Source: Puniceicoccales bacterium
GTDB lineage: Bacteria; Verrucomicrobiota; Verrucomicrobiia; Opitutales; JAIRLM01
DNA length: 64,000 nt
Assembly: GCA_031259325.1 (NCBI GenBank)
Contig: JAIRLM010000025.1
Location: 612 to 64,611, forward strand
Reading direction: 5' to 3'
Shown: in pieces, positions 7,867-17,040 of the stretch
How positions within the stretch are numbered: position 1 is the stretch's first letter
Layout of the letters: each line of letters starts with the position of its first letter
Translations under genes and position numbers: made by a program
Notes under the pieces: generated by a model
The model's database searches: none
Told to the model about the DNA's origin: nothing
Seen by the model: only the letters and a program-made list of their open reading frames with translations

Positions 7867-9540
7867 TTACCAGAGGGGAACGGTGAATCCGTAAAACACG
7901 CGGAAAAAGGCCGAGGCGGAATCGGCGGTTGCCGTGCGCGTGAGCTTTGCGCAATAAACGGTGGGGCCGGAGGTGTCCGCCGGGAGTGGAAGCGCGGAAA
8001 ATGCCGTCGGCGCGGATTCGTTGGCCGCGTAGGTGCATGAGGGTACCGCCATGAATTGCTCCGGGAAAACGACATCCTGGACCACCGGCTGGCCCTGCGT
8101 GACCGAACCTCGAAACGCCGTCAAAATGCGCTGGTAGCGGGCGCAGAGGGCTTTTTGATCCGCTTCCGGTGTTATGATAGGAAATGGTTGCTCCGTGTTT
8201 CCCATGCCAACGGCCGGCCGATAAATGCGGAATCCATAGTCCGCCGCGACGCTCGAACCTGTTCCGTAGGGCGTATGAGTGAATCTTAAACAGATTTGGA
8301 CGACGTTCGCGGGGATATTAAACGTAAATGAATAGCGGGCGTAGGAATCCGTTGGAATGGCATAAACGCTCTCAACGGCATGAAGTACAACGTTTTGGGA
8401 TACAAACTCTCCCTTGTTGTTTATTTTGGTAAAGTTTGCGGTGTTTGTGGTCCCCGTGGCGGAGAAATTAATGCCGTTGCTCGCCGTGTTTGGAAATCCG
8501 GTATCGGCCAGCAGGTCCACGGAGAATGTCACCTGTTTCCCGCGCAGGGGAAAGGTTTTGATGGGCGTAAACGGTCGAAAAATGCGCATTTCCTGGGTAG
8601 AGGTGTTCCCGACGGGCCGGGTGATGTGCATGCAGTTCAGTTGCAGGGCGGCATCCACGGTTTCAATGGAACTCGTTGCCTGATAGGAGGAACCGGCGAT
8701 TTGCTGATAGCCCATCCAGCCGTCGGAAAGCGCGACCATGGCGATATTTGCCAAAGTCGCCGATGTGCCGTTGGTGTTCAATCGGAACGCCCCGTTGCTC
8801 AGGTGATTCGGCGAACCTCCACTGCCCGAAATGGCGGTGATGGAATCATCCACGTAGGTTTTCACACTCCACTGGGTGGGGACATCGATGGTGGAGGCCG
8901 ATGCCATATCCCCCTCATTGAGAGCATCATAAAGCGCAGCCGTTCCCAATTGCAGGTTATCGCGGGCCGCGGCCACATTTGACAAATCTTGCAGATTTTG
9001 ATTGCGCCGGGCAAAGAGGGCATCGCACTGGTCGCGATTATAGAAGCGATCCTCCGGTTCCGGCGGCGTGAGGTCGATGCCTCCGGAGGACTCCCGGATT
9101 GAAATCCTTCCCGCGCAAATGGTTATAATTTTCACCGGATCGTCCACGGTTTCCGCCCAAATGACCAACCACGCATCCCGGGCGACGACGGATGACTCAT
9201 CGGCGGTAAATGTAATAACCGCCTGCTGTTTGGTTCCGTTTTCCCAGGTTTCTTCGGTGACGGTGCCATCGAAAGTGGCCGCGACCGCTTCCCCGCGCAT
9301 GAGGGGCAGAACGGAGACGTCCGGAGCCGTATCCTCCGGTCCCATGGGTTTGATGTCCAAGACGATGAGGCCAATGTTATCCAGCGGCTGGAGCATTCCC
9401 CGGTCGAAAACGGCCAGCTGAAACTGCAAATCGTTGCCCTTCCAGAAGATGGGCGTGCGGCCGGTGTGGATATCCCGCGGGGCGTCAAAGTTGCTGATGT
9501 CGCAGGCGATGCGGATGGTTGCGATTGCGGCCATGGTCAC
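7867..9540 (-). CDS. phage tail fibre-like protein
   Basis: 557 aa, beta-rich. Contains RRNQNLQDLSNVAAARDNLQLGTAALYD, which resembles the NLxDLxxxxxARxNLGLG collar motif common in phage fibre proteins. GTG at 9540 overlaps the upstream stop (GTGA); an alternative ATG is at 9534. Confidence 0.55.
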   Translation of the reverse strand: MTMAAIATIRIACDISNFDAPRDIHTGRTPIFWKGNDLQFQLAVFDRGMLQPLDNIGLIVLDIKPMGPEDTAPDVSVLPLMRGEAVAATFDGTVTEETWENGTKQQAVITFTADESSVVARDAWLVIWAETVDDPVKIITICAGRISIRESSGGIDLTPPEPEDRFYNRDQCDALFARRNQNLQDLSNVAAARDNLQLGTAALYDALNEGDMASASTIDVPTQWSVKTYVDDSITAISGSGGSPNHLSNGAFRLNTNGTSATLANIAMVALSDGWMGYQQIAGSSYQATSSIETVDAALQLNCMHITRPVGNTSTQEMRIFRPFTPIKTFPLRGKQVTFSVDLLADTGFPNTASNGINFSATGTTNTANFTKINNKGEFVSQNVVLHAVESVYAIPTDSYARYSFTFNIPANVVQICLRFTHTPYGTGSSVAADYGFRIYRPAVGMGNTEQPFPIITPEADQKALCARYQRILTAFRGSVTQGQPVVQDVVFPEQFMAVPSCTYAANESAPTAFSALPLPADTSGPTVYCAKLTRTATADSASAFFRVFYGFTVPLW

Positions 9541-9947
9541 TGGTCCTCCTGTGGTATGGCGATGAGCGCGCCGCCAACGATGTCGTAATGATGCACTGTA
9601 GCGATGCCCTCCTGCGTGCCACGAATGCGGCGGATGGTGCTATCCCCGAGGACGTAGGATGGCGGAGAATCTCCTTCGCCGACGATGCGAAAATTCCCCG
9701 CCGCACCGGTGAGAATGGCCGCGTGGGTGAGGAGAAATTCGGAGCTTTTTTCCACGGACGCGTGCTTCCGCCGCAGCGAAAATTGCAGATTCGTGGTTCG
9801 ATTTTTGCGGTCGATGGGTTTTGCCGCCGCCGCCCGCAGGGTCTTGACGATTTGAATGATTCCCGCCGTTTCCAAAACGAGGTCAAACGGTTCCTCATCC
9901 GCATCTTGTCCGCCGGCCAGGCAGTAATTACCGATGAAAAATTTCAT
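9537..9947 (-). CDS. phage-like cluster protein (136 aa, unassigned; neck/tail adaptor by position)
   Basis: The ORF starts 3 nt after the upstream stop. No recognised motif. Confidence 0.5.
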   Translation of the reverse strand: MKFFIGNYCLAGGQDADEEPFDLVLETAGIIQIVKTLRAAAAKPIDRKNRTTNLQFSLRRKHASVEKSSEFLLTHAAILTGAAGNFRIVGEGDSPPSYVLGDSTIRRIRGTQEGIATVHHYDIVGGALIAIPQEDQ

Positions 9948-9950
9948 AAA

Positions 9951-10427
9951 TTATTTCTCCTTTCCGTCGCTCCAGGGGAACGACATTTCAAATTCAAAGG
10001 TGAGTAAAATTTCCAACCGCATGTCCGTGGTGAAATTTTCATTTATCTTCCACGGCTCCTTAAGTTTAGGCATCAACGCGCCAAACGTTTGATCGCACTG
10101 AATCCGCCGGCCGGTGAGCATGGAATGGATAAATTCAGCGGCACCCAGGGCGCCACCCGTTGACACGTCGGTGAAAGCATTTTCCACCACGAGAATGCGC
10201 ACGGCCACCGTCGCATCGTAGGGCACCGGCCAATTGCGGCGGAATTCCACGGGTACGGGCGGAAGAACGATGACGCACAAATTGGTTTGTTTGTGCACGT
10301 CGATATCCAACATGCCCCCCATGTCACCGGGACGGTAAAGAAATACGCTCTTTCCGGATAATTCCCACCGGTCGCGTAATATTTCAAAAACGGCTTCTTG
10401 AAGAAGTTCTAAACGGCTGATAATCAT
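9951..10427 (-). CDS. phage-like cluster protein (158 aa, unassigned; head-tail joining by position)
   Basis: The ORF starts 14 nt after the upstream stop. No recognised motif. Confidence 0.5.
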   Translation of the reverse strand: MIISRLELLQEAVFEILRDRWELSGKSVFLYRPGDMGGMLDIDVHKQTNLCVIVLPPVPVEFRRNWPVPYDATVAVRILVVENAFTDVSTGGALGAAEFIHSMLTGRRIQCDQTFGALMPKLKEPWKINENFTTDMRLEILLTFEFEMSFPWSDGKEK

Positions 10428-10441
10428 AGTATTGTCCTATT

Positions 10442-10909
10442 TTACAGTCCGGAAAGGGCCGCCGCCGTTGTCTTCCGCCGCCGGGCATGGAGGCACACCA
10501 TGGATGCAGAACCGCCGTATTCACCCTCCTCCGCCGGATGGTAGGGGAGACTGACCCGAATTTCACCGTGGGCGACGGCGCGCAGCTGCTCCCGCGCCAC
10601 ATCCGCCGCCTTTTGCTGCTCCGGCAACAGTTGCAGCGGGGGAATCCGGCCCTGAAGTGCCTCCAATGCCAATGCGCAGGCGGTTGGCAGCAATTCAACG
10701 GGAATCAGACGTGGGTCATCGCTCAGTTGATTTTTCGCATGGCTTCCGACGGCTTGTCGCACCCGACGGGTCACATCGGAAATTAACGGGGGTAGCGGGT
10801 CATGTTCCCCGGCGCCCAGCACCACCGTTCGCAGCAGGCGAATTTGCCGCGCCATCAGATAAATCTCCAAATGGCTTGGTGCTAATAGTATCCAATCACT
10901 TACTCTCAT
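10442..10909 (-). CDS. putative head-tail connector (Mu gp36/DUF1320-like)
   Basis: ATG at 10909 (MRVSDWILLAPSHLEIYL...), 37 nt after the capsid stop. The helical pattern ...ACALALEALQGR...QQKAADVAREQLRAVAHGEIRVSL resembles DUF1320-type connectors. The track ORF extends to 11005 and would overlap the capsid gene. Confidence 0.45.
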   Translation of the reverse strand: MRVSDWILLAPSHLEIYLMARQIRLLRTVVLGAGEHDPLPPLISDVTRRVRQAVGSHAKNQLSDDPRLIPVELLPTACALALEALQGRIPPLQLLPEQQKAADVAREQLRAVAHGEIRVSLPYHPAEEGEYGGSASMVCLHARRRKTTAAALSGL

Positions 10910-10946
10910 ATTTTTAATTTGGTTATCTGCTATGGAATAAACGGCC

Positions 10947-11921
10947 CTATTCGCCGGAACCGGCGGTGACGGTAAGCCACTTGATGCCGCCCTCGGAGGT
11001 GACAATAATGTTGCTGTAATGCTCCACGGTGAGATCGGTGAACTTGGAGTGCTCTTCCAAATAGACGCGGAAGTTGCTGCCGTCGATGGGCGTTACGAAA
11101 CGTTTGATGTTCGCCGGCTCGTCCTTTACGATGTCATTCTGCGTGTAAAAAAGGTACACGTCATTGCCAACAATTCGCGCCTTGTTGGTTGGCGAGCTTT
11201 GATAGCGGGCGCTGAAAACGCGGATTTCGTCGACGAACAGCTTGTGGGCCAGGTCGCCCATGGAAAGTGTTGCCGCCCGCTGAGCCGCCGCCGTGGATTG
11301 GGTGTCGTAAACATCGGAACGCAGGTCCCAAACGCCTTCACCGTAAATGATACGATTTGGCCGAACGCCCGTGATATCCGCCGCATTGGATAGTTCCACG
11401 CGGATGTCCGAATCCGGATTATGGGACCCGGTCTCCCCTCCCCAAACCTTTGGAATTGGCGTGGTTGAGGAGTTAAGCGCGGCGATGGCCCGTCGCAATT
11501 CATTTCGATAGAGTCGGCGAAGCAGCAACTGCACATAGCGCTCCCGCCAGTCGTCGCCGGCAACGTCATCGTGGTCCACGCGGATGGTGAGACCCTTATT
11601 GAACGTCTTGGCCATGACGGACGTGCCCGTGAAATCCACGGTTTTGAACGCGGAACCGATGGCCCGCACGTCGTCGTTTTCCGACAAAAATGCCTGCGCA
11701 TTGTCCGCTTTTTTAAACTCGAAGCGCTTGCCCACGTGAATCACCGGTGCGATGAAGTTGAGCAAATCTTCGATATTTTCCGGATCCTTCCAGCCGACGG
11801 TAAAAGCCGTGAGCGGTTCCGAATAATTGGCGCTGGTAAACCGGGACTCGTTGGCCGCGCAAACAACGCCCTTTTCATTATTTTCCCCGTCCGATGGTAA
11901 AATTTCAATTAATTCTTTCAT
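10947..11921 (-). CDS. putative major capsid protein
   Basis: 324 aa. It sits directly after the protease/scaffold and decoration-like genes, the lambda-like order protease-decoration-capsid. Size and position only; no motif verified. Confidence 0.55.
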   Translation of the reverse strand: MKELIEILPSDGENNEKGVVCAANESRFTSANYSEPLTAFTVGWKDPENIEDLLNFIAPVIHVGKRFEFKKADNAQAFLSENDDVRAIGSAFKTVDFTGTSVMAKTFNKGLTIRVDHDDVAGDDWRERYVQLLLRRLYRNELRRAIAALNSSTTPIPKVWGGETGSHNPDSDIRVELSNAADITGVRPNRIIYGEGVWDLRSDVYDTQSTAAAQRAATLSMGDLAHKLFVDEIRVFSARYQSSPTNKARIVGNDVYLFYTQNDIVKDEPANIKRFVTPIDGSNFRVYLEEHSKFTDLTVEHYSNIIVTSEGGIKWLTVTAGSGE

Positions 11922-11978
11922 GATATTTCAATTCTAAATGGGAACGCCTTGGTGGGTTGCCGGCATGACCGTTACCCC

Positions 11979-12416
11979 TTAATCCGTGGAATCGGTTGTG
12001 ACGACAATGTTGAAGGGAAGCCCCGTGAGCACTTCCACCATCTCGCCTGCCATGGTTGCCGTGCTAAGTGCAATGCCAACGACGCGGTGGGTTCCGCTGG
12101 TGGATGGCAGGGGAATGATTTTTCCATTTGCCGTTCCAACGACGAAGGTCCCGGAACTGATGGGCCCAGCTGCGCTAATCAAGGTCGTGGATCCCCCGCC
12201 AAGTAATTGCACGTTAACCGGATCTTCCGCAGCCTCCGCCTCGTCGGTCACCACCCCGATGGGTAATTCCCCAGCCGCCGTTGGATGCACCGCATTTCCT
12301 TGCAACGCGACGAGCACATGAGCCGTTGAAATGGGTGCCGCCGCCAGGAATGTTATATTTCCCTCGTGCGTACCTTCGGCCACATTCGCAAAAATGATTT
12401 GTTTTTCTTTTTTCAT
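11979..12416 (-). CDS. putative head decoration protein (DUF2190-like)
   Basis: ATG at 12416 with AAGGAA 8 nt upstream. A 145-aa Gly/Ala/Val-rich beta protein (MKKEKQIIFANVAEGTHEGNITFLAAAP...) lying between protease and capsid. Confidence 0.45.
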   Translation of the reverse strand: MKKEKQIIFANVAEGTHEGNITFLAAAPISTAHVLVALQGNAVHPTAAGELPIGVVTDEAEAAEDPVNVQLLGGGSTTLISAAGPISSGTFVVGTANGKIIPLPSTSGTHRVVGIALSTATMAGEMVEVLTGLPFNIVVTTDSTD

Positions 12417-12465
12417 ATTCGTATTCCTTAAATGTAAATAAATCAATTCCCCACATGGGAGAAAG

Positions 12466-13383
12466 TTAGCCTTCGAACCAAAAGGGATGGGTCCGTTTCA
12501 CATTGCACCATGCGGCGGCAAAGGATTCGTGCTCCCGTTCCATGCGCTCGCGCACGAGCGTCAACACACGTTGTTTTCTCATTTCGTTCGAAAGACGGCA
12601 TCGCCGGTCCAGCGATTGGGTGATGGCTTGCCGGTTAATAATATTTTTCGGCAGTCGGGCGCAGTTGGCGATGACCGGCGCGCCCTGTTCCGGCATGCGC
12701 AATAATCCAACGGGCGGCAGATCGATGCCCGTGGGCATGGGTTCCCGGGGATCATCATTGGTGGAGATGTCGCCGGTAATTGCCTCCGCGGGGATATCTT
12801 CCGTTTGGACATCCTCCCCGGGAATATCTTCCGCGGGAGCACCCTCCGTTCGTGCCATTTCCGCCGTTTCTTCGCCGGCGCCCTCCTGGTTGGCAATGGC
12901 TTCCACGTCCATGTTGGGCGTATTTGTGAGCCCGATGGAAAGCAGCTGTTTTGGCGTAAAGCGTTCGTTGCCAAGCGGCACCATTTCCCAGCGCGGTGAA
13001 AGGAATTTGTAATAAGCATTTTCAAGAAGTTCCGCCCCCGCCCGGGACCATTTTGGACAAACCCAAAGGCCATCATCGCGCGCTTCGATGAATTTCACCC
13101 AACCGTAGGCGCGGGTGTCGTCGTGGCCCACCTGTCCGCGGAAGGCCGGATCATCCGGGTGGCCAATGTAAATGGGAACACCGCGAAATCGGCGTGCGAG
13201 CCGTTGGCGGAGGGATGAGAACCGCCGGGCCATTTGCTTGCATGCGGAGGCGTCCACAATTTGCATGCCGAGCCGGTGTTGGTATTCGCCGTAGTCCACC
13301 AGCTTCAGCCACCCGCCGCAATCGTCGTCCTTCACGGTATTTGCGCTCGTTAGAATCATCGTTTCCATGTCTTTTCCACTCAT
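12466..13383 (-). CDS. Mu gpI-type head maturation protease/scaffold
   Basis: ATG at 13383 with a GAGGA SD. YGWVKFIEARDDGLWVCPKWSRAGAELLENAYYKFLSPRW matches the Mu I-protein pattern (GW...dGLW...W...YryLSP.f). Acidic repetitive middle part: AEDIPGEDVQTEDIPAEAITGD. Confidence 0.7.
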   Translation of the reverse strand: MSGKDMETMILTSANTVKDDDCGGWLKLVDYGEYQHRLGMQIVDASACKQMARRFSSLRQRLARRFRGVPIYIGHPDDPAFRGQVGHDDTRAYGWVKFIEARDDGLWVCPKWSRAGAELLENAYYKFLSPRWEMVPLGNERFTPKQLLSIGLTNTPNMDVEAIANQEGAGEETAEMARTEGAPAEDIPGEDVQTEDIPAEAITGDISTNDDPREPMPTGIDLPPVGLLRMPEQGAPVIANCARLPKNIINRQAITQSLDRRCRLSNEMRKQRVLTLVRERMEREHESFAAAWCNVKRTHPFWFEG

Positions 13384-13403
13384 TGCATTATCCTCGTTGC
13401 CAT

Positions 13404-14600
13404 CTAAGATTTCAGAGAACCGCGCACGCCGAAGTGTTCGCACAGGTCATTTGCCGGAATTTGCACGCCCAACTTCGCCAGTCGCTCGTACAGCTCCAAG
13501 TCCCGCAAAAAATTATCACTTTGCGCGGATTGCAAAGACAGGTAGGCCTTAACGGGCGCGTCACCGAAAAGATAATTGAGCACGTAGCGGTCCACCTGCT
13601 CATTGAGGACCTCGGAGATCATCGCCGCATCATCCTGCTCCAGAATGCTTTGCCCCTCCGCCTGCATGGACGCGCCCACGCCATTGCCCCGGGACAGGGT
13701 TGACAAATCGGATCCACACCAAAGCGCCGCCATCGCCCGGTCCATGCGGTCCACCAGCGCCGGGTATGGAAGTGTTCCGCGGGATGTAAGGTCAATGGCC
13801 TGCAAGTCGCTCCCCGTGGACATGAGCGCGTTAAATTCCGCCCCAAAGGCTTCCACCGCCTGCTTGGCCATCTCCCACTGCGGCGTCCCGGGAACGGCAT
13901 CGGTCACACCCTTCACACCGGGCATGCCGTTGCGGTCACAATAAACCAGCCAATCGCGGAGGGGCAAATGTTTGAACAAATAGGCAATGGAACAAGCTTC
14001 CATAAGGCCGTCGCCCACGGTCACGAGCCAGGCGCCCCCCTCCAGGGGAATCCCCTCCCGCATCACGTCGGTGGGCAAAAAGCGCAGCAGTCCCGTGTAA
14101 TTTTCAAAGTACCACAGGGGAACGAAGCGAAATTCCGCGGAAAGCAGCGGCCGCGCGCAATTATTAATAAAGCAGTGGTCGTGAATTTGATAAATAATTT
14201 CATGGACCGCGTACTTTTTCCCCACGGAGTCCATCATCTGCTTCACGAGCAGGGCAAAGGATCCGCGCTCGTTGTGATCAATGGCACCCGTGCAGCGGAG
14301 ATTGTTGTAGAAAAAATGCAGCGCTTCTTGTTGCTGCCGCGCCTCTTCGGAATCATCCGTTGTCAGCACGGTCCACCGCAGTCGCGCCACGGCTTTTTTG
14401 CGTTTTGCCGCCACGCCCTTTAGCACGTCATCCCGCCGCTCAATGGCATCCCAAAGCAGCGCCGCCGGCCATAATTCGCCCCGATGGAAGGCGTCCAATT
14501 GCCGGGTAAGCGACTCCGGCGTGAGGGCGCGAATGGGGTTAAACCCTTGCCGCGGACTATGTTTCGGGCACAGCGTTTGTATGTCTGATTTCGTTTTCAT
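13404..14600 (-). CDS. phage portal protein, Mu gp29/DUF935 type
   Basis: The N-terminal pattern LTRQLDAFHRGELWPAALLWDAIERRDDVLKGVAAKRKKAVARLRWTV parallels Mu gp29 as I recall it (...MLRDAERGDL...DMEEKDTHLFSELSKRRLAI..LEWRI). It lies between the terminase and the protease. Confidence 0.75.
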   Translation of the reverse strand: MKTKSDIQTLCPKHSPRQGFNPIRALTPESLTRQLDAFHRGELWPAALLWDAIERRDDVLKGVAAKRKKAVARLRWTVLTTDDSEEARQQQEALHFFYNNLRCTGAIDHNERGSFALLVKQMMDSVGKKYAVHEIIYQIHDHCFINNCARPLLSAEFRFVPLWYFENYTGLLRFLPTDVMREGIPLEGGAWLVTVGDGLMEACSIAYLFKHLPLRDWLVYCDRNGMPGVKGVTDAVPGTPQWEMAKQAVEAFGAEFNALMSTGSDLQAIDLTSRGTLPYPALVDRMDRAMAALWCGSDLSTLSRGNGVGASMQAEGQSILEQDDAAMISEVLNEQVDRYVLNYLFGDAPVKAYLSLQSAQSDNFLRDLELYERLAKLGVQIPANDLCEHFGVRGSLKS

Positions 14601-14642
14601 GGGTTATGCGGAAATAGGTGACATGGTGAATGGGTGAGATAC

Positions 14643-16055
14643 CTAGAGAAAAAAGGGGGATCGTTGCGGCCGTTGAATTACCTGGAACGCCCCGCCACCG
14701 GTCTTTGATCGCTGGGCTTCACCGCCATGGAAGGCATGAATGGCGAGGGCCAGTGCCCAAAAGCGATCGGCGTGTCCGTTTCTTCCCCGATCCGCTGCAA
14801 ATCGTAAATTCCCGGCGAGGGTTACCTCCCGGCGAATGGCGTGCAAGTCCGCGCGAATGTTGTCATCACCGGGAATCCGCACCCCGCGACGTTCGAAAAA
14901 AGTGCGCAGCAGGTATGCCAGAGATTCTTTTACCTCCGCCGTGAATGTCACGCCCTCCACCCGGCCGGCACCAAATTTTGCCACCGCCCGCTCCGTGAAC
15001 TGCCGACCCATGCCCGTTTGGTCGATGCACACCCGCCGCAGGTGGGGAATGCGCAGCAATTCGTGTAAAACGCCCTCCTGTGCCACAAATGTCTGTTGGG
15101 CAAGGCATTCCACCAACCGCGTGTGCATGACGTCACCCACCTGCTCCAGCAACCAGAAGACGGTCAAATCGTGCTCCCGGCCCAGGTCCACACCCAGATA
15201 GAACTCCCCGTGGGGCAGGGGTGCATCCGGGGGCGAATGGGGTAAAGTAATTTGCCATTGGGTATCGGCGGGGTATTCGCACGCGCGGATCATTTCCGAC
15301 GGTAAAAACGCCGTCCGGTCGTCCAGCGGCTGGCACATGTATTCCTGCTGAAAGGTGGCCTCATCTGGGCAGGTGGTGCGGATGAAATCAAAGTACTGCG
15401 CCGCGTCCATGAACTGGCGCGGGTCATTCGCCGGCAACTTGGCCTTTAATTTTTCTAAAAATCCCTGCTCCAGGGCATCCTGTAGTGTCACCCGGTGCAG
15501 GGAGAATTTTTTGGGATTTCCCTCGTAGCGCGCCTCCTGAATGAGCTGATTAAAAAAGTTAAACGAGCCCCGGTGCGTGGAGAGAATTTCCAGCTGTCCG
15601 CCCCAGGTAATTCCAGGTAAGGCGATGGAGTATAGGAGCTTTGGGTCACCGTGGAGGGCGAATTCGTCCAAAACCCGATTGCCCCGCTTCCCCGCCTGCG
15701 CGTCCGGGTTCGAGGAAAGGGAATGTACCGCCGTGTTATTGGCAAATGTAATGGCCATGGCCGACGCACGCGCCTTTGGAGTCAGCACCCGCCGCCGTAT
15801 TTTCGTGGCAGCGCCGTCGAACAGGGAGGCAAAGGTGCAACAGTCGGCGAGAAATAGCTTGGCCTGCATTTCGTCCCTGGAAGATACCCAGCTATCACGG
15901 GTATAATGTTTTGTAACATGTTGGCGCACGAGATGATACGCCGTGGCCCAGGACATGCCCACCTGCCGAGATTTTTCCATAATCTTCAGCCGGGCACCGT
16001 CCAGAATCCACCGGCGCTGGTAAGGGAGAAAAAAAGGCATGGCTTTCGGTTTCAT
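14643..16055 (-). CDS. phage terminase large subunit
   Basis: Walker-A-like KSRQVGMSW and Walker B NRVLDEFA. C-terminal RNase-H-type nuclease motifs YLGVDLGREHD and GHADRFWALALA. The ATG overlaps the upstream stop (ATGA). Confidence 0.9.
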   Translation of the reverse strand: MKPKAMPFFLPYQRRWILDGARLKIMEKSRQVGMSWATAYHLVRQHVTKHYTRDSWVSSRDEMQAKLFLADCCTFASLFDGAATKIRRRVLTPKARASAMAITFANNTAVHSLSSNPDAQAGKRGNRVLDEFALHGDPKLLYSIALPGITWGGQLEILSTHRGSFNFFNQLIQEARYEGNPKKFSLHRVTLQDALEQGFLEKLKAKLPANDPRQFMDAAQYFDFIRTTCPDEATFQQEYMCQPLDDRTAFLPSEMIRACEYPADTQWQITLPHSPPDAPLPHGEFYLGVDLGREHDLTVFWLLEQVGDVMHTRLVECLAQQTFVAQEGVLHELLRIPHLRRVCIDQTGMGRQFTERAVAKFGAGRVEGVTFTAEVKESLAYLLRTFFERRGVRIPGDDNIRADLHAIRREVTLAGNLRFAADRGRNGHADRFWALALAIHAFHGGEAQRSKTGGGAFQVIQRPQRSPFFL

Positions 16056-16429
16056 AGCAGCCTCAACTGCCTTTCCAATTGGCGCACGATGGGCATATCC
16101 AACCCCTCCCGCGCGCGACCGGCCATGCCTACACTGTCGTCAAGTTGGCTGCGCAGTGTAAGTACCTGCTGGCTGCTGACCAGGAGTCTTTGCAAAATGG
16201 TGGCGATCGTATTGAGCTCGGACAGATCTCGCGTGACAAAAATCCTGTCCAACAGGCCGCTTAGCATTTGGCCAATGGAGGCGTCCGCCAGATCGCTATG
16301 GGAGGTGTCCGAAGCTCTTTTCCTCTTGCGGGCACTTTTACGCGAACCCGCCGGGATTTCGCCACCGCTTTCACTGGTCAAGGAGGAGTCCATCTCCGGG
16401 TCGTCATTGCTAGGAGTTGAATGTTTCAT
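16052..16429 (-). CDS. putative terminase small subunit
   Basis: 125-aa ORF immediately upstream of, and ATGA-overlapping, the large terminase. Basic patch SRKSARKRKRA followed by a helical C-terminal half. Assigned by position only. Confidence 0.4.
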   Translation of the reverse strand: MKHSTPSNDDPEMDSSLTSESGGEIPAGSRKSARKRKRASDTSHSDLADASIGQMLSGLLDRIFVTRDLSELNTIATILQRLLVSSQQVLTLRSQLDDSVGMAGRAREGLDMPIVRQLERQLRLL

Positions 16430-16722
16430 CGACGTTCACCACCGGCTTTTTGTGAATAGGTAAGAAAATGAAGGGTATTTTCATAGGCGTCCACGCGGGC
16501 CAGCAACCCACTGGTACGCCTCTGCAGCAAAGCGATTTGCCGGCGCAGGGCACCAATTTCCAAACTCTGCCGATGGGCAACTTTCTGGCACTCCCGCAAA
16601 AACGAATTATGCAGTCCCAGGACCGTGAAATAAAATCCTGAAAATGTGATTCCAATGAGAGCCGCCCGACAAATAAAATCGCCGAACACCTTCGCCCGAA
16701 ACCACTTGCTGAGGATTTTCAT
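16426..16722 (-). CDS. phage-like cluster protein with one TM segment and a coiled coil
   Basis: 98 aa. TM-like segment ICRAALIGITFSGFYFTVLGL, then a helical stretch ...LEIGALRRQIALLQRRTSGLLARV. ATGA overlaps at both ends. Confidence 0.5.
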   Translation of the reverse strand: MKILSKWFRAKVFGDFICRAALIGITFSGFYFTVLGLHNSFLRECQKVAHRQSLEIGALRRQIALLQRRTSGLLARVDAYENTLHFLTYSQKAGGERR

Positions 16723-16961
16723 ACGGCACCTCCAAGGGAAGTGCCGCCCGCCGGATACGACCTTGTATCATTGGCATTGGAGTGAATCCCTAGGGTTGCA
16801 TCAGCGCTTCGGACGACGTACTCACTCGGAAGGGAACGTTTGGAGAGTGGGAAAAAGTCGTCACAGTAAGCGCTTGACAACGGGGGAAACAGCCAAGTAC
16901 CATCCCTCGTCGTGAGTGTTATTTCGCGTGTGGCAGTGTATCTGGCGGATTGATCGCTCAT
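16719..16961 (-). CDS. first ORF of the phage-like operon (80 aa, unknown)
   Basis: ATG at 16961. Its stop overlaps the next ATG (ATGA), which argues for translation. No motif recognised. Confidence 0.4.
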   Translation of the reverse strand: MSDQSARYTATREITLTTRDGTWLFPPLSSAYCDDFFPLSKRSLPSEYVVRSADATLGIHSNANDTRSYPAGGTSLGGAV

Positions 16962-17040
16962 GGTCCTGAGTTCCTCGGGTCTCCCCGATGGAAAACCCGC
17001 ATCTAGTCTACCACGGAATCGCCAAATGCAAAACGGCCGG

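Larger units (their letters stand above)
5409..16961 (-). mobile_element. phage-derived structural gene cluster (Mu-type head module plus fibre; defective prophage or GTA-like element)
   Basis: 15 co-oriented ORFs with repeated ATGA/GTGA start-stop overlaps. Terminase, portal, protease/scaffold, capsid, connector and fibre are recognisable. No integrase, replication, lysis or long-tail genes seen. Cellular genes lie on both flanks. Confidence 0.75.

Noticed and set aside
7730-8038. The N-terminal 103 codons of track ORF 5960..8038, which would make a 692-aa protein.
   Set aside because: This stretch overlaps the 3' end of the fibre gene in another frame and reads as an Arg/Pro-rich non-protein-like sequence. 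An SD-preceded small ORF and an ATGA-coupled ATG at 7729 explain the region better.
9485-10698. Alternative-frame ORFs inside the phage-like cluster (9485..9904, 9519..10007, 10073..10387, 10384..10698, 10487..10786).
   Set aside because: They overlap the operon-frame ORFs, which are linked by start/stop coupling. Their translations are Arg/Pro/Cys-rich.
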